From Longivirga aurantiaca (lineage in GTDB: Bacteria; Actinomycetota; Actinomycetes; S36-B12; CAIYMF01): 32,000 nt of DNA. The position numbers were made by a program, and so were the translations under genes. Shown here one piece after another: positions 8,467 to 18,468 of the stretch (its first letter is position 1; every line of letters starts with the position of its first letter). Location of the stretch: assembly GCF_042660085.1 (NCBI RefSeq), contig NZ_JBHSTI010000008.1:870001-902000 (forward strand), read 5' to 3'. The notes below the pieces were generated by a model. That model was not told the origin of the DNA. It did no database searches and was given only the letters and a program-made list of their open reading frames with translations.

Positions 8467-8507
8467 CGCGGTGCCGAGCACCCGCGCGACTCTGGGAGGA
8501 TGACGGC

Positions 8508-9635
8508 GTGGAATCCGGACTTCTCTATGCCCTGATCGCGCTGGCCGTCCTCGTCATCGGCGGGGGAGCCGTGCTGCTCCTGCGCCGCTCGTCGGGCCGC
8601 GCGATCGAGGCGCCCCCGGCCCGGCCGCAGGTCGCCGCGCCCGAGCGCGAGGCCGACGGCGGCCTCGCGCTCGCGGAGCCCGAGGCGCCCGCACCCACCA
8701 CCACCGAGGTCCCCGAGCCGTCGGCCGGCCGCCTGGCCCGGCTGCGTGCCCGCCTCGCCCGCTCGAACACCGCCGTCGGCAAGGGCCTGCTCGCGCTGCT
8801 CACCCGTGACCAGCTCGACCAGGACACCTGGGACGAGGTCGAGGAGACCCTGCTCGCCGCCGACCTCGGCGTCGGGCCCACGCAGGAGCTGGTCGCCGCG
8901 CTGCAGCGACGTACCCGGGTCGAGGGCGTCTCCGACGTCGCCGGCGCCCGTGCCCTGCTGCGCGAGGAGCTGCTCGCCCTCGTCGACCCCACGCTCGACC
9001 GCAGCGTCGCGACCCATGTGGCCGACGACCGCCCCGCCGTCGTCCTCGTCGTCGGCGTCAACGGCACCGGCAAGACCACCACCACCGGCAAGCTCGCGCG
9101 CGTGCTCGTGGCCGACGGCCGCAGCGTGGTGCTCGGCGCCGCCGACACCTTCCGTGCCGCGGCGAGCCAGCAGCTGCAGACCTGGGGCGACCGGGTCGGG
9201 GCGCGCGTCGTCACGGGCGCGGAGAACGCCGATCCCGCCGCCGTCGCGTTCGACGCCGTGAAGCACGCCGTCGACGAGGGCGCCGACGTCTGCGTCATCG
9301 ACACCGCCGGCCGCCTGCACACCAAGACCGGTCTCATGGACGAGCTCGGCAAGGTCAAGCGCGTCGTGGAGAAGCAGGCGCCGGTCGACGAGGTGCTGCT
9401 CGTCCTCGACGCCACGACCGGCCAGAACGGCCTGCGCCAGGCTCAGGTCTTCTCCGAGGTCGTCGAGGTGACGGGCATCGTGCTCACCAAGCTCGACGGC
9501 ACGGCCAAGGGCGGCATCGTCATCGCGGTGCAGCGCGAGCTCGGCGTGCCCGTGAAGCTCGTCGGGCTCGGCGAGGGCCCGGACGACCTCGCACCGTTCG
9601 ACGCCGAGGCCTTCGTCGACGCGCTCCTCGACTGA
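8508..9635 (+). CDS. ftsY: signal recognition particle receptor FtsY
   Basis: GGGAGGA lies 7 nt upstream of GTG 8508. There is an N-terminal TM helix and an A/P/E-rich linker, followed by an SRP GTPase domain with GVNGTGKTTT, DTAGRL and TKLDGTAKGG. Confidence 0.95.
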   Translation: MESGLLYALIALAVLVIGGGAVLLLRRSSGRAIEAPPARPQVAAPEREADGGLALAEPEAPAPTTTEVPEPSAGRLARLRARLARSNTAVGKGLLALLTRDQLDQDTWDEVEETLLAADLGVGPTQELVAALQRRTRVEGVSDVAGARALLREELLALVDPTLDRSVATHVADDRPAVVLVVGVNGTGKTTTTGKLARVLVADGRSVVLGAADTFRAAASQQLQTWGDRVGARVVTGAENADPAAVAFDAVKHAVDEGADVCVIDTAGRLHTKTGLMDELGKVKRVVEKQAPVDEVLLVLDATTGQNGLRQAQVFSEVVEVTGIVLTKLDGTAKGGIVIAVQRELGVPVKLVGLGEGPDDLAPFDAEAFVDALLD

Positions 9636-9739
9636 CCCGCCCAGCCGAGCCGAGCGCACCACCCGTTCCGAGCGCAGGGTGAGGAGCGGACGGCGCGGAA
9701 GCGGGTGCGGGGTGGGCGGTGCGGTGGTGAGGTGGGGCC

Positions 9740-9958
9740 ATGGACATCGCCAAGCTCACCGACACCCAGACCCTGCGGCGCGAGGAGGCGGCCCGCCGTC
9801 TGCACGAGATCGCCGACGAGCTCGCCTCGGGCAACGGCTTCGTGATCGAGCGCGACGGCATCCGCTTCGACGTCGCCGTGCCCGACGAGGTGCGCATGAA
9901 GGTCGAGGTCGAGATCGAGTCCGACGAGCGCGAGATCGAGATCGAGCTCACCTGGTAG
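9740..9958 (+). CDS. small acidic protein, amphi-Trp-domain-like (ends ...EIEIELTW)
   Basis: 72 aa with high GC3 and an ATG start. Alternating charged/hydrophobic strands (VRMKVEVEIESDEREIEIELTW) end in a terminal Trp. The family name is from memory. Confidence 0.6.
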   Translation: MDIAKLTDTQTLRREEAARRLHEIADELASGNGFVIERDGIRFDVAVPDEVRMKVEVEIESDEREIEIELTW

Positions 9959-10016
9959 ACCGGTGGGCCGCCCGGCCCGACGCGCTGCGCCGGCCGAGCG
10001 ACGTCCCACGCGTGCG

Positions 10017-10063
10017 GAAACAGCGGCGTAACAGGACATGTCCAAACGTCACGGGCTGGAAAC
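10017..10063 (+). promoter_or_regulatory. candidate GlnR-type operator (GAAAC/GTnAC half-sites with 6-nt spacers) upstream of amt
   Basis: The units are GAAAC(10017)-n6-GTAAC(10028) and GTCAC(10048)-n6-GAAAC(10059). The perfect palindrome GGACATGTCC at 10034-10043 lies between them. The array is 120-165 nt upstream of the amt ATG. Confidence 0.45.
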
Positions 10064-10109
10064 AGCACAGGCGGAGCCGGGCAACACGGGCCCGATGAGA
10101 TCCCTCTAG

Positions 10110-11867
<1,758 letters not shown>

Positions 11868-11913
11868 GCGAAGGTAGAGAAACCGAAGGACACCAACGGG
11901 AGAGGAGCATCCG

Positions 11914-14313
11914 GTGCGGGTCACGGCAGACGAGGCGACCACCACGTACGCCGAGGCCCGCGCCGAGCTCCTCTCCCGACCGGGAGCGCCCGGCGCTGCG
12001 AAGCGCCGGGCGCTCACGGCTCTCACCGACGACTGGCTGCACGCGCTCTACGTCGCGGCCGGCGCCGGCGAGATCGGCGCCGCCCTGGTCGCGGTCGGCG
12101 GCTACGGCCGCGGCGACCTCGCGCCGGGCAGCGACCTCGACCTCCTGCTCCTGCACTCGCCCTCGGTGTCGGCGTCCGACGTCACCGCCGTGGCGGACCG
12201 GCTCTGGTACCCCGTCTGGGACGCCGGCCTGCGGCTCGACCACTCCGTCCGGGTGCCGGCCGAGGCGCGGCGCCTCGCCGCCCAGGACATCAAGGTGGTC
12301 CTCGGGCTTCTCGACGCCCGCACGGTCGTCGGCTACGACAACCTCACCAAGCAGCTGCGCGAGTCGGTGCTCGGCGACTGGCGCGCCCTGGCTCCGCGCC
12401 GTCTCGGCGAGCTGCACTACGGCGTGACCGAGCGCATCGAGCGCAGCGGCGAGCTCGCGCACCTGCTCGAGCCCGACCTCAAGGAGTCGTACGGCGGTCT
12501 CCGCGACCTCGTCGCACTGCGCGCGGTGGCGGCCTCCTGGGTGACCGACGCGCCCGTCGCGGCACTCGCGCCGCACCGCGACCTCCTGCTCGACGTGCGC
12601 GACGCCCTGCACCTCGTGACCGGCCGGTCGTCCGACCGGCTGCTGCAGCAGGAGCAGGTGGCAGCCGCCGAGCGGCTCGGCCTCGAGGGGGACGATCCGT
12701 CCGACCATCTCCTGCGCTCGGTCTCGGCCGCCGGTCGTGCGGTGGCGTACGCCGCCGACACCACCTGGCACCGCGTCGAGCGGCTCACCCGCCGCGGGGG
12801 GGTGCGCGCGAGCCTCGCCGGCACCGCCCGCCGCCTGCGCGGCCCGCGCGTCGAGCGCGCACCGCTGGCCGAGGGCGTCGTCGTCCAGGACGGCGAGGCG
12901 GTGCTCGCCGCCGACGCCAGGCCCGAGAAGGACCCGGTGCTCGTGCTGCGCGCCGCGGCCGCCGCGGCCCAGGCAGGGATGCGCCTCGCGCCGCACGCGG
13001 TCGAGCGCCTGGCGCGCGACTCCGCGCCCATGCCGGAGCCGTGGCCGGCGCCGGCCCGCGACGCCCTCGTCTCGCTCCTCGGCGCGGGCCGGCCCGCGAT
13101 CCCCGTGTGGGAGGCCCTGGACCAGGCCGACATCTGGAGCCGGCTCATGCCCGAGTGGGCGGTGGTGCGCAGCGCGCCGCAGCGCAACCCGGTGCACCGC
13201 TTCACGGTCGACCGCCACCTGGTCGAGACCGCGGTGCAGTCCGGCCCCCACACCCGCCGCGTGAACCGGCCCGACCTGCTGCTCGTGGGCGCCCTGCTGC
13301 ACGACATCGGCAAGGGCCGCCCCGGCGACCACACCGAGGTGGGCATCGACCTCGTGCGGGTGATCGCGCCGCGGCTGGGATTCTCGCCGGAGGACAGCGC
13401 CACCCTCGTGACGATGGTGCGGCACCACCTCCTGCTGCCGGAGACGGCCACCCGTCGCGACCTCGACGACCCCTCGACCGTCGCCGGTGTCGCGACCGCG
13501 GTCGGCGACGTCGACGTCCTCGACCTGCTGCACGCCCTGACCGAGGCGGACGCCGCGGCCACGGGCCCGGCCGCCTGGAGCGACTGGAAGAAGGCGCTCA
13601 TCGATGACCTCGTGGGTCGCACCCGTGCCGCCCTCGCCGGCAGGCCGCGGGCGGAGGAGATCCACGTGACCGCCGCCCAGGTGCGCCTGGCCGAGGCCGT
13701 GCGCGTGACGACCGAGGGCGGCGTCGCAGTGCTCCTCGACCACGACGAGGCGGCCACCACGGCCACCGTCACGGTCGCGGCGCCGGACCGCACCGGCCTG
13801 CTCTCGACCGTCGCGGGCGTGCTGTCGCTGCACCGGCTCCAGGTGCGCGGGGCCCAGGTCGACACCGTCACCGCGCCGGACGGCGGCCGTCGGGCCGTGC
13901 AGGTCTGGACCGTCACTCCGGCGTACGGCGACCCGCCGCCCATCGACCGCCTGCGCGAGGACCTCACGCGTGCGATCAACGGCTCGCTGGACGTCGCGGC
14001 CCGTCTCGACGCGCGCGAGCAGGCGTACCCGGCCCCGCAGGGGACCGCGCCTCCACGGGTCGACCTCGTGCCCGGTGCGAGCGAGCGTGCCACCGTGCTC
14101 GAGGTGCGCGCCCACGACGCCCCGGCGCTGCTGCACCGCGTCACCCGCGCCATCGCGGCCGCCGACGTCGCCATCAGCGCCGCCCGCGTGGCCACCCTGG
14201 GCTCGGAGGTGGTCGACGTGTTCTACCTCGTCGACCGCGACGGCAGCCCCCTCAGCGTGCAGCGGGCCGCGACCGTGCGCGTGACGGTGCTCGGCGAGCT
14301 CTCCCGCACCTAG
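11914..14313 (+). CDS. glnD: [protein-PII] uridylyl/adenylyltransferase
   Basis: 799 aa with a nucleotidyltransferase motif GGYGRGDLAPGSDLDLLLLH, an HD domain LLHDIGKGRPGDH, and two C-terminal ACT-like segments. It completes the amt-glnK-glnD synteny. Confidence 0.93.
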   Translation: MRVTADEATTTYAEARAELLSRPGAPGAAKRRALTALTDDWLHALYVAAGAGEIGAALVAVGGYGRGDLAPGSDLDLLLLHSPSVSASDVTAVADRLWYPVWDAGLRLDHSVRVPAEARRLAAQDIKVVLGLLDARTVVGYDNLTKQLRESVLGDWRALAPRRLGELHYGVTERIERSGELAHLLEPDLKESYGGLRDLVALRAVAASWVTDAPVAALAPHRDLLLDVRDALHLVTGRSSDRLLQQEQVAAAERLGLEGDDPSDHLLRSVSAAGRAVAYAADTTWHRVERLTRRGGVRASLAGTARRLRGPRVERAPLAEGVVVQDGEAVLAADARPEKDPVLVLRAAAAAAQAGMRLAPHAVERLARDSAPMPEPWPAPARDALVSLLGAGRPAIPVWEALDQADIWSRLMPEWAVVRSAPQRNPVHRFTVDRHLVETAVQSGPHTRRVNRPDLLLVGALLHDIGKGRPGDHTEVGIDLVRVIAPRLGFSPEDSATLVTMVRHHLLLPETATRRDLDDPSTVAGVATAVGDVDVLDLLHALTEADAAATGPAAWSDWKKALIDDLVGRTRAALAGRPRAEEIHVTAAQVRLAEAVRVTTEGGVAVLLDHDEAATTATVTVAAPDRTGLLSTVAGVLSLHRLQVRGAQVDTVTAPDGGRRAVQVWTVTPAYGDPPPIDRLREDLTRAINGSLDVAARLDAREQAYPAPQGTAPPRVDLVPGASERATVLEVRAHDAPALLHRVTRAIAAADVAISAARVATLGSEVVDVFYLVDRDGSPLSVQRAATVRVTVLGELSRT

Positions 14314-14331
14314 GCCCGGCGGCTGCCGGGC
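14314..14331 (+). terminator. short GC hairpin directly after the glnD stop (7 bp, loop GGCT)
   Basis: GCCCGGC-GGCT-GCCGGGC. A TAnnnT hexamer (TAGGCT, 14350-14355) follows and could serve as the ffh -10. Confidence 0.3.
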
Positions 14332-14394
14332 CCCGCGGCGTGCCCCGGTTAGGCTGGGGCCGCTCCGCACGACCTCGACCGACGGGACTCCCGC

Positions 14395-15981
14395 GTGTTC
14401 ACCTCGCTCTCCGACCGGCTCTCCGCCACGTTCAAGAACCTGCGCGGCAAGGGCAGGCTGTCCGAGGCCGACGTCGACGCCACGGTGCGCGAGATCCGCA
14501 CGGCCCTGCTCGAGGCCGACGTCGCGCTGCCGGTCGTCCGGCAGTTCACGGCCACGGTCAAGGAGCGGGCCCTCGGCGTCGAGGTCAGCAAGGCCCTCAA
14601 CCCGGCCCAGCAGATCGTCAAGATCGTCCACGAGGAGCTCGTCGGCATCCTCGGCGGCGAGACCCGGCGCCTGCGCCTGGCCAAGACCCCGCCGACGGTC
14701 ATCCTGCTCGCGGGCCTGCAGGGAGCGGGCAAGACCACCCTCGCCGGCAAGCTCGCGCTCCACCTCAGGGAGGCCGGCCACACCCCGCTGCTCGTCGCCG
14801 CCGACCTCCAGCGCCCGAACGCCGTCGACCAGCTGAGCGTCGTCGCCGAGCGCGCCGGCGTCGCCGTCCACGCCCCGGAGCCGGGCAACGGCGTGGGCGA
14901 CCCCGTCGCGGTCGCGACGTCCGGCATCGAGCTCGCGAAGGCGAAGCTGTACGACGTCGTCATCGTCGACACCGCCGGCCGGCTCGCGATCGACGCCGAC
15001 CTCATGGACCAGCTCAAGCGGGTCCGCGACGCCGTGCAGCCGGACGAGACGCTGCTCGTCATCGACGCGATGATCGGCCAGGACGCCGTCCAGACGGCGG
15101 CTGCGTTCGACGAGGCCATCGGCATCGACGGCGTCGTGCTCTCCAAGCTCGACGGCGACGCCCGTGGTGGTGCGGCGCTGTCCGTGGTCACGGTCACCGG
15201 CAAGCCGATCCTGTTCGCGTCCGTGGGCGAGAAGCTCACCGAGCTCGAGACCTTCCACCCCGACCGGATGGCCTCGCGCATCCTCGACATGGGTGACGTC
15301 CTCACCCTCATCGAGCAGGCCGAGAAGGCGTTCGACGCCGAGCAGGCCGAGCGCATGGCCGCCAAGGTGGCCAAGGGCGACGACTTCACGCTCGAGGACT
15401 TCCTCGAGCAGATGACGAGCCTGAAGAAGATGGGCTCGCTCACCAAGATGCTGGGGATGCTGCCGGGCATGGGCGACATGAAGGCCCAGATCGAGTCGAT
15501 CGACGACCGCGAGCTCGACCGCGTCGCCTCGATCATCACGTCCATGACGCCGGCCGAGCGCGCCGACCACACGATCCTCAACGGCTCGCGCCGCGCCCGC
15601 ATCGCCCGCGGCGCCGGCGTCGAGGTGTCGGCGGTCAACCAGCTCGTCGACCGGTTCGTCGAGGCGCAGAAGATGATGCGCCAGATGCGCGCCGGTGGCG
15701 GCATGCCGGGGATGCCGGGGATGCCCGGCATGGGCGGCGGCAAGCGCGCCAAGGCCAAGCAGAAGGCCCAGGTCAAGCAGGGCAAGGGCGCCAAGCGCAG
15801 CGGCAACCCGGCCAAGCGTGCGGCGGAGGAGTCCGCCCCGGCGGCCGGTGCCGGGCTGCCCGGCCTTCCTGGATCCGGCCCGGCCGGCCTGCCCGGCGGC
15901 CTCGGCGGCTTCGACCAGGCCGAGCTGGAGAAGTCCCTAGGCGAGCTGCCCCCGGAGTTCAAGGGCCTCCTCGGCAAGTAG
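14395..15981 (+). CDS. ffh: signal recognition particle protein Ffh
   Basis: The N-terminus is MFTSLSDRLSATFKNLRGKGRLSE. GTPase motifs GLQGAGKTT, DTAGRL and SKLDGDARGG are present, followed by a Met-rich M domain and a GMPGMPGMPG/K-rich tail. Confidence 0.95.
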   Translation: MFTSLSDRLSATFKNLRGKGRLSEADVDATVREIRTALLEADVALPVVRQFTATVKERALGVEVSKALNPAQQIVKIVHEELVGILGGETRRLRLAKTPPTVILLAGLQGAGKTTLAGKLALHLREAGHTPLLVAADLQRPNAVDQLSVVAERAGVAVHAPEPGNGVGDPVAVATSGIELAKAKLYDVVIVDTAGRLAIDADLMDQLKRVRDAVQPDETLLVIDAMIGQDAVQTAAAFDEAIGIDGVVLSKLDGDARGGAALSVVTVTGKPILFASVGEKLTELETFHPDRMASRILDMGDVLTLIEQAEKAFDAEQAERMAAKVAKGDDFTLEDFLEQMTSLKKMGSLTKMLGMLPGMGDMKAQIESIDDRELDRVASIITSMTPAERADHTILNGSRRARIARGAGVEVSAVNQLVDRFVEAQKMMRQMRAGGGMPGMPGMPGMGGGKRAKAKQKAQVKQGKGAKRSGNPAKRAAEESAPAAGAGLPGLPGSGPAGLPGGLGGFDQAELEKSLGELPPEFKGLLGK

Positions 15982-15997
15982 CGGCCCGGCCCGGGGC

Positions 15998-16031
15998 GAT
16001 TTCCTGCTCGGCGGGGCTCTCTGGCAGACTG
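15998..16031 (+). promoter_or_regulatory. putative rpsP promoter (GATTT-N22-CAGACT with TGn extended -10)
   Basis: CTCTGGCAGACTG at 16019-16031 is identical to 18327-18339 upstream of rplS. GATTT lies 27 nt upstream of the hexamer in both. Confidence 0.4.
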
Positions 16032-16167
16032 CGGGGGTTGATCCCGGCGCAGTCGGCGGCCCTCTAACCGGCCGGTCGCGCTCGGGACCGTCGGGACCCA
16101 CCGGAAAGCACCCCACGCCGTACCGGCTCGGGACCCACCCCGTACACGTCAAGGAGACAACGGCCCC

Positions 16168-16734
16168 GTGGCTGTCAAGATCAAGCTCAAGCGCATGGGC
16201 AAGATGCGCAACGCCCAGTACCGCATCGTCGTCGCCGACGCCCGCACCAAGCGTGATGGTCGTGCGATCGAGGAGATCGGCATCTACCAGCCGAAGGAGG
16301 AGCCGAGCCTCATCCGCGTCGACTCCGACCGCGCGCAGTACTGGCTCGGCGTCGGCGCTCAGCCGACCGAGGCCGTCGCGGCCATCCTCAAGGTGACCGG
16401 CGACTGGCAGAAGTTCAAGGGCCTCCCGGGCGCCGAGGGCACGCTGCGCGTGGCCGAGCCCAAGGCCGACAAGAAGTCGGTCTTCGAGGCTGCTGCGCTC
16501 GAGGCCGCCAACGAGCCGGCCAAGCCCGCGACCACCCCGAAGAAGAAGGCCGAGCCGGTCGCCGAGGCTGCTCCGGTCGTCGAGGCCGAGGCTGCCCCGG
16601 TCGTCGAGGCTGCTGCCGAGGAGGCCCCCGCTGCGGAGGCCGTCGAGGCGCCGGTGACCGAGGCTGCTGCCGAGGAGGCGCCGGCCGTCGAGGCCGAGGC
16701 CGCCGAGGCCGCCGCCGAGACCACCGAGGCCTGA
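16168..16734 (+). CDS. rpsP: 30S ribosomal protein S16 with a long A/E/P/V-rich C-terminal extension
   Basis: [38 protein letters not shown] is the S16 core. AAGGAGA lies upstream of GTG 16168. The protein is 188 aa, against about 82 aa for the core. Confidence 0.95.
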   Translation: MAVKIKLKRMGKMRNAQYRIVVADARTKRDGRAIEEIGIYQPKEEPSLIRVDSDRAQYWLGVGAQPTEAVAAILKVTGDWQKFKGLPGAEGTLRVAEPKADKKSVFEAAALEAANEPAKPATTPKKKAEPVAEAAPVVEAEAAPVVEAAAEEAPAAEAVEAPVTEAAAEEAPAVEAEAAEAAAETTEA

Positions 16735-16735
16735 C

Positions 16736-16981
16736 ATGCTCGAGGAGGCTCTCGAGCACCTCGTCAAGGGCATCGTCGACAACCCCGACGACGTCGAGGT
16801 CCGCGACCGCGCCAACCGGCGCGGCCCCGGCCGCACCCTCGAGGTGCGCGTGCACCCCGACGACATGGGTCGCGTCATCGGCAAGGCCGGTCGCACCGCC
16901 ACGGCGCTGCGCACCGTCCTCTCGGCCCTCGCGCCGGGGAAGGGTGTCCGGGTCGACTTCCTCGACCTCGGCGAGCGCTGA
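16736..16981 (+). CDS. KH-domain RNA-binding protein (YlqC/Rv2908c family)
   Basis: 81 aa with the KH motif VIGKAGRTATALRTVL. The position between rpsP and rimM is conserved. Confidence 0.9.
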   Translation: MLEEALEHLVKGIVDNPDDVEVRDRANRRGPGRTLEVRVHPDDMGRVIGKAGRTATALRTVLSALAPGKGVRVDFLDLGER

Positions 16982-16995
16982 GCGCGAGGAGACTC

Positions 16996-17589
16996 GTGCA
17001 GCTCGTCGTCGGTCGCATCGGGAAGCCCCACGGGATCCGTGGTGAGCTGACCGTCGAGGTGCGCACCGACGCCCCCGAGATCCGCTTCGCGCCGGGGTCG
17101 GTCCTCGTGACCGACCCCGCGCGCGTCGGACCCATCACGGTCGAAGCCGTCCGCTGGCACAGCGGACGGCTTCTGCTGCGTGTGGTGGGCGTGCACGACC
17201 GCACCGCGGCCGAGGGCCTGCGCGGCGTCGTCCTCACCGCCGACGTCCCCGACGACGAGGTGCCGGAGGACCCCGAGGAGTTCTTCGACCACCAGCTCCG
17301 CGGCCTGTCCGTGCGCACCGCCGACGGCACCGTGATCGGCGTCGTCGACGACGTCGTCCACCTGCCCTCGCAGGACCTGCTGTCGGTGCAGCGCGAGGCT
17401 GGCCGCGAGGTGCTCGTGCCGTTCGTGGCCGAGATCGTGACCGCTATCGACGTCGACGCGGGCACCGTCACGGTCGAGCTGCCCGAGGGCCTGCTCGACC
17501 TCGACCTCACCGACACCGAGCACCGCGAGCTCGACCAGGCCGAGGCCGCCGCAGCCGCGGCCCAGGGGCGCGACGGCAGCGAGGGCTGA
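16996..17589 (+). CDS. rimM: 16S rRNA processing protein RimM
   Basis: The N-terminus is VGRIGKPHGIRGELTVEVRTD, followed by a PRC-barrel region. GAGGAG lies upstream of GTG 16996, and the synteny rpsP-KH-rimM-trmD holds. Confidence 0.92.
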   Translation: MQLVVGRIGKPHGIRGELTVEVRTDAPEIRFAPGSVLVTDPARVGPITVEAVRWHSGRLLLRVVGVHDRTAAEGLRGVVLTADVPDDEVPEDPEEFFDHQLRGLSVRTADGTVIGVVDDVVHLPSQDLLSVQREAGREVLVPFVAEIVTAIDVDAGTVTVELPEGLLDLDLTDTEHRELDQAEAAAAAAQGRDGSEG

Positions 17590-17592
17590 GGC

Positions 17593-18300
17593 GTGCGCAT
17601 CGACGTCGTCTCGATCTTCCCCGACTACCTCGCCCCGCTGGGGCTCTCGCTGGTCGGCAAGGCCGTGGCCGCCGGCACCCTCGACCTCCGGGTGCACGAC
17701 CTGCGCGAGTGCACGCACGACCGGCACCGCACCGTCGACGACACGCCGTACGGCGGCGGCCCGGGCATGGTCATGAAGCCCGAGCCGTGGGGCGAGGCGC
17801 TCGATGCGATCCTCGACTCCGCCGCCGGTCGTCCGCGGCTCGTCGTCCCGACCCCGAGCGGGCGCCGGTTCACCCAGGAGGTGGCGACCGAGCTCGCCGT
17901 CGCCGAGCACCTGGTCTTCGCGTGCGGCCGCTACGAGGGGATCGACTCCCGGGTGATGGCCCACTACGCCGACCGGTTCGAGGTCGACGAGATCTCGATC
18001 GGCGACTACGTGCTCGCCGGCGGAGAGGCCGCGGTGCTCGTCATGGTCGAGGCGCTGGCCCGGCTCCTGCCCGGCGTGCTCGGCAACCCCGAGAGCGTGG
18101 TCGACGACTCCTTCGCACCGGGTGCCATGGCGGCGCTCCTCGAGGGCCCGGTCTACACCAAGCCGCCCGAGTGGCGCGGTCTCGCGGTGCCCGAGGTGCT
18201 CCTCTCGGGCGACCACGGCCGGATCGCGGCCTGGCGCCGCGAGCAGGCCCTCGCCCGCACCGAGCGCTTCCGGCCCGACCTGCTGGGGGACGGGGCCTGA
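17593..18300 (+). CDS. trmD: tRNA (guanine37-N1)-methyltransferase
   Basis: The motifs [52 protein letters not shown] and [14 protein letters not shown] are all present. Confidence 0.95.
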   Translation: MRIDVVSIFPDYLAPLGLSLVGKAVAAGTLDLRVHDLRECTHDRHRTVDDTPYGGGPGMVMKPEPWGEALDAILDSAAGRPRLVVPTPSGRRFTQEVATELAVAEHLVFACGRYEGIDSRVMAHYADRFEVDEISIGDYVLAGGEAAVLVMVEALARLLPGVLGNPESVVDDSFAPGAMAALLEGPVYTKPPEWRGLAVPEVLLSGDHGRIAAWRREQALARTERFRPDLLGDGA

Positions 18301-18305
18301 CCCGG

Positions 18306-18339
18306 GATTTGGGTTCGCCCGGGCGCCTCTGGCAGACTG
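18306..18339 (+). promoter_or_regulatory. putative rplS promoter (GATTT-N22-CAGACT; -35-like TTGGGT with an 18-nt spacer)
   Basis: It carries the same 13-mer and the same spacing as the rpsP upstream element. It lies 130 nt upstream of the rplS ATG. Confidence 0.4.
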
Positions 18340-18468
18340 TGACGGCTCGATCCGTTCGTCCTGCCACAGGGGGACGTCGGAACCACCGGCTCGCCGGCGA
18401 GCACATCCGACCAGCCGCGCACGCGGCACTGTTCCGCGGGTGACCTGTGGCGCCGGCGAGGAGAAGAC

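Noticed and set aside
9676-9737. A canonical G-quadruplex in the G-rich leader of the amphi-Trp-like ORF.
   Set aside because: Four G-runs exist (GGG, GGGG, GGG, GGGG), but the last loop is 17 nt, well outside the canonical limit of 7 nt. I keep it only as a strand-asymmetry observation.
16081-16140. Short similarities between r-protein leaders. CGTCGGGACCCACCGG in the rpsP leader resembles CGTCGGAACCACCGG in the rplS leader, and GACCGTCGGG recurs in the rpsB leader.
   Set aside because: Matches of 10-15 nt are expected by chance in 32 kb of strongly GC-biased sequence. They also lie at different distances from the putative -10 elements. This is not enough to call a shared RNA motif without a covariation analysis.
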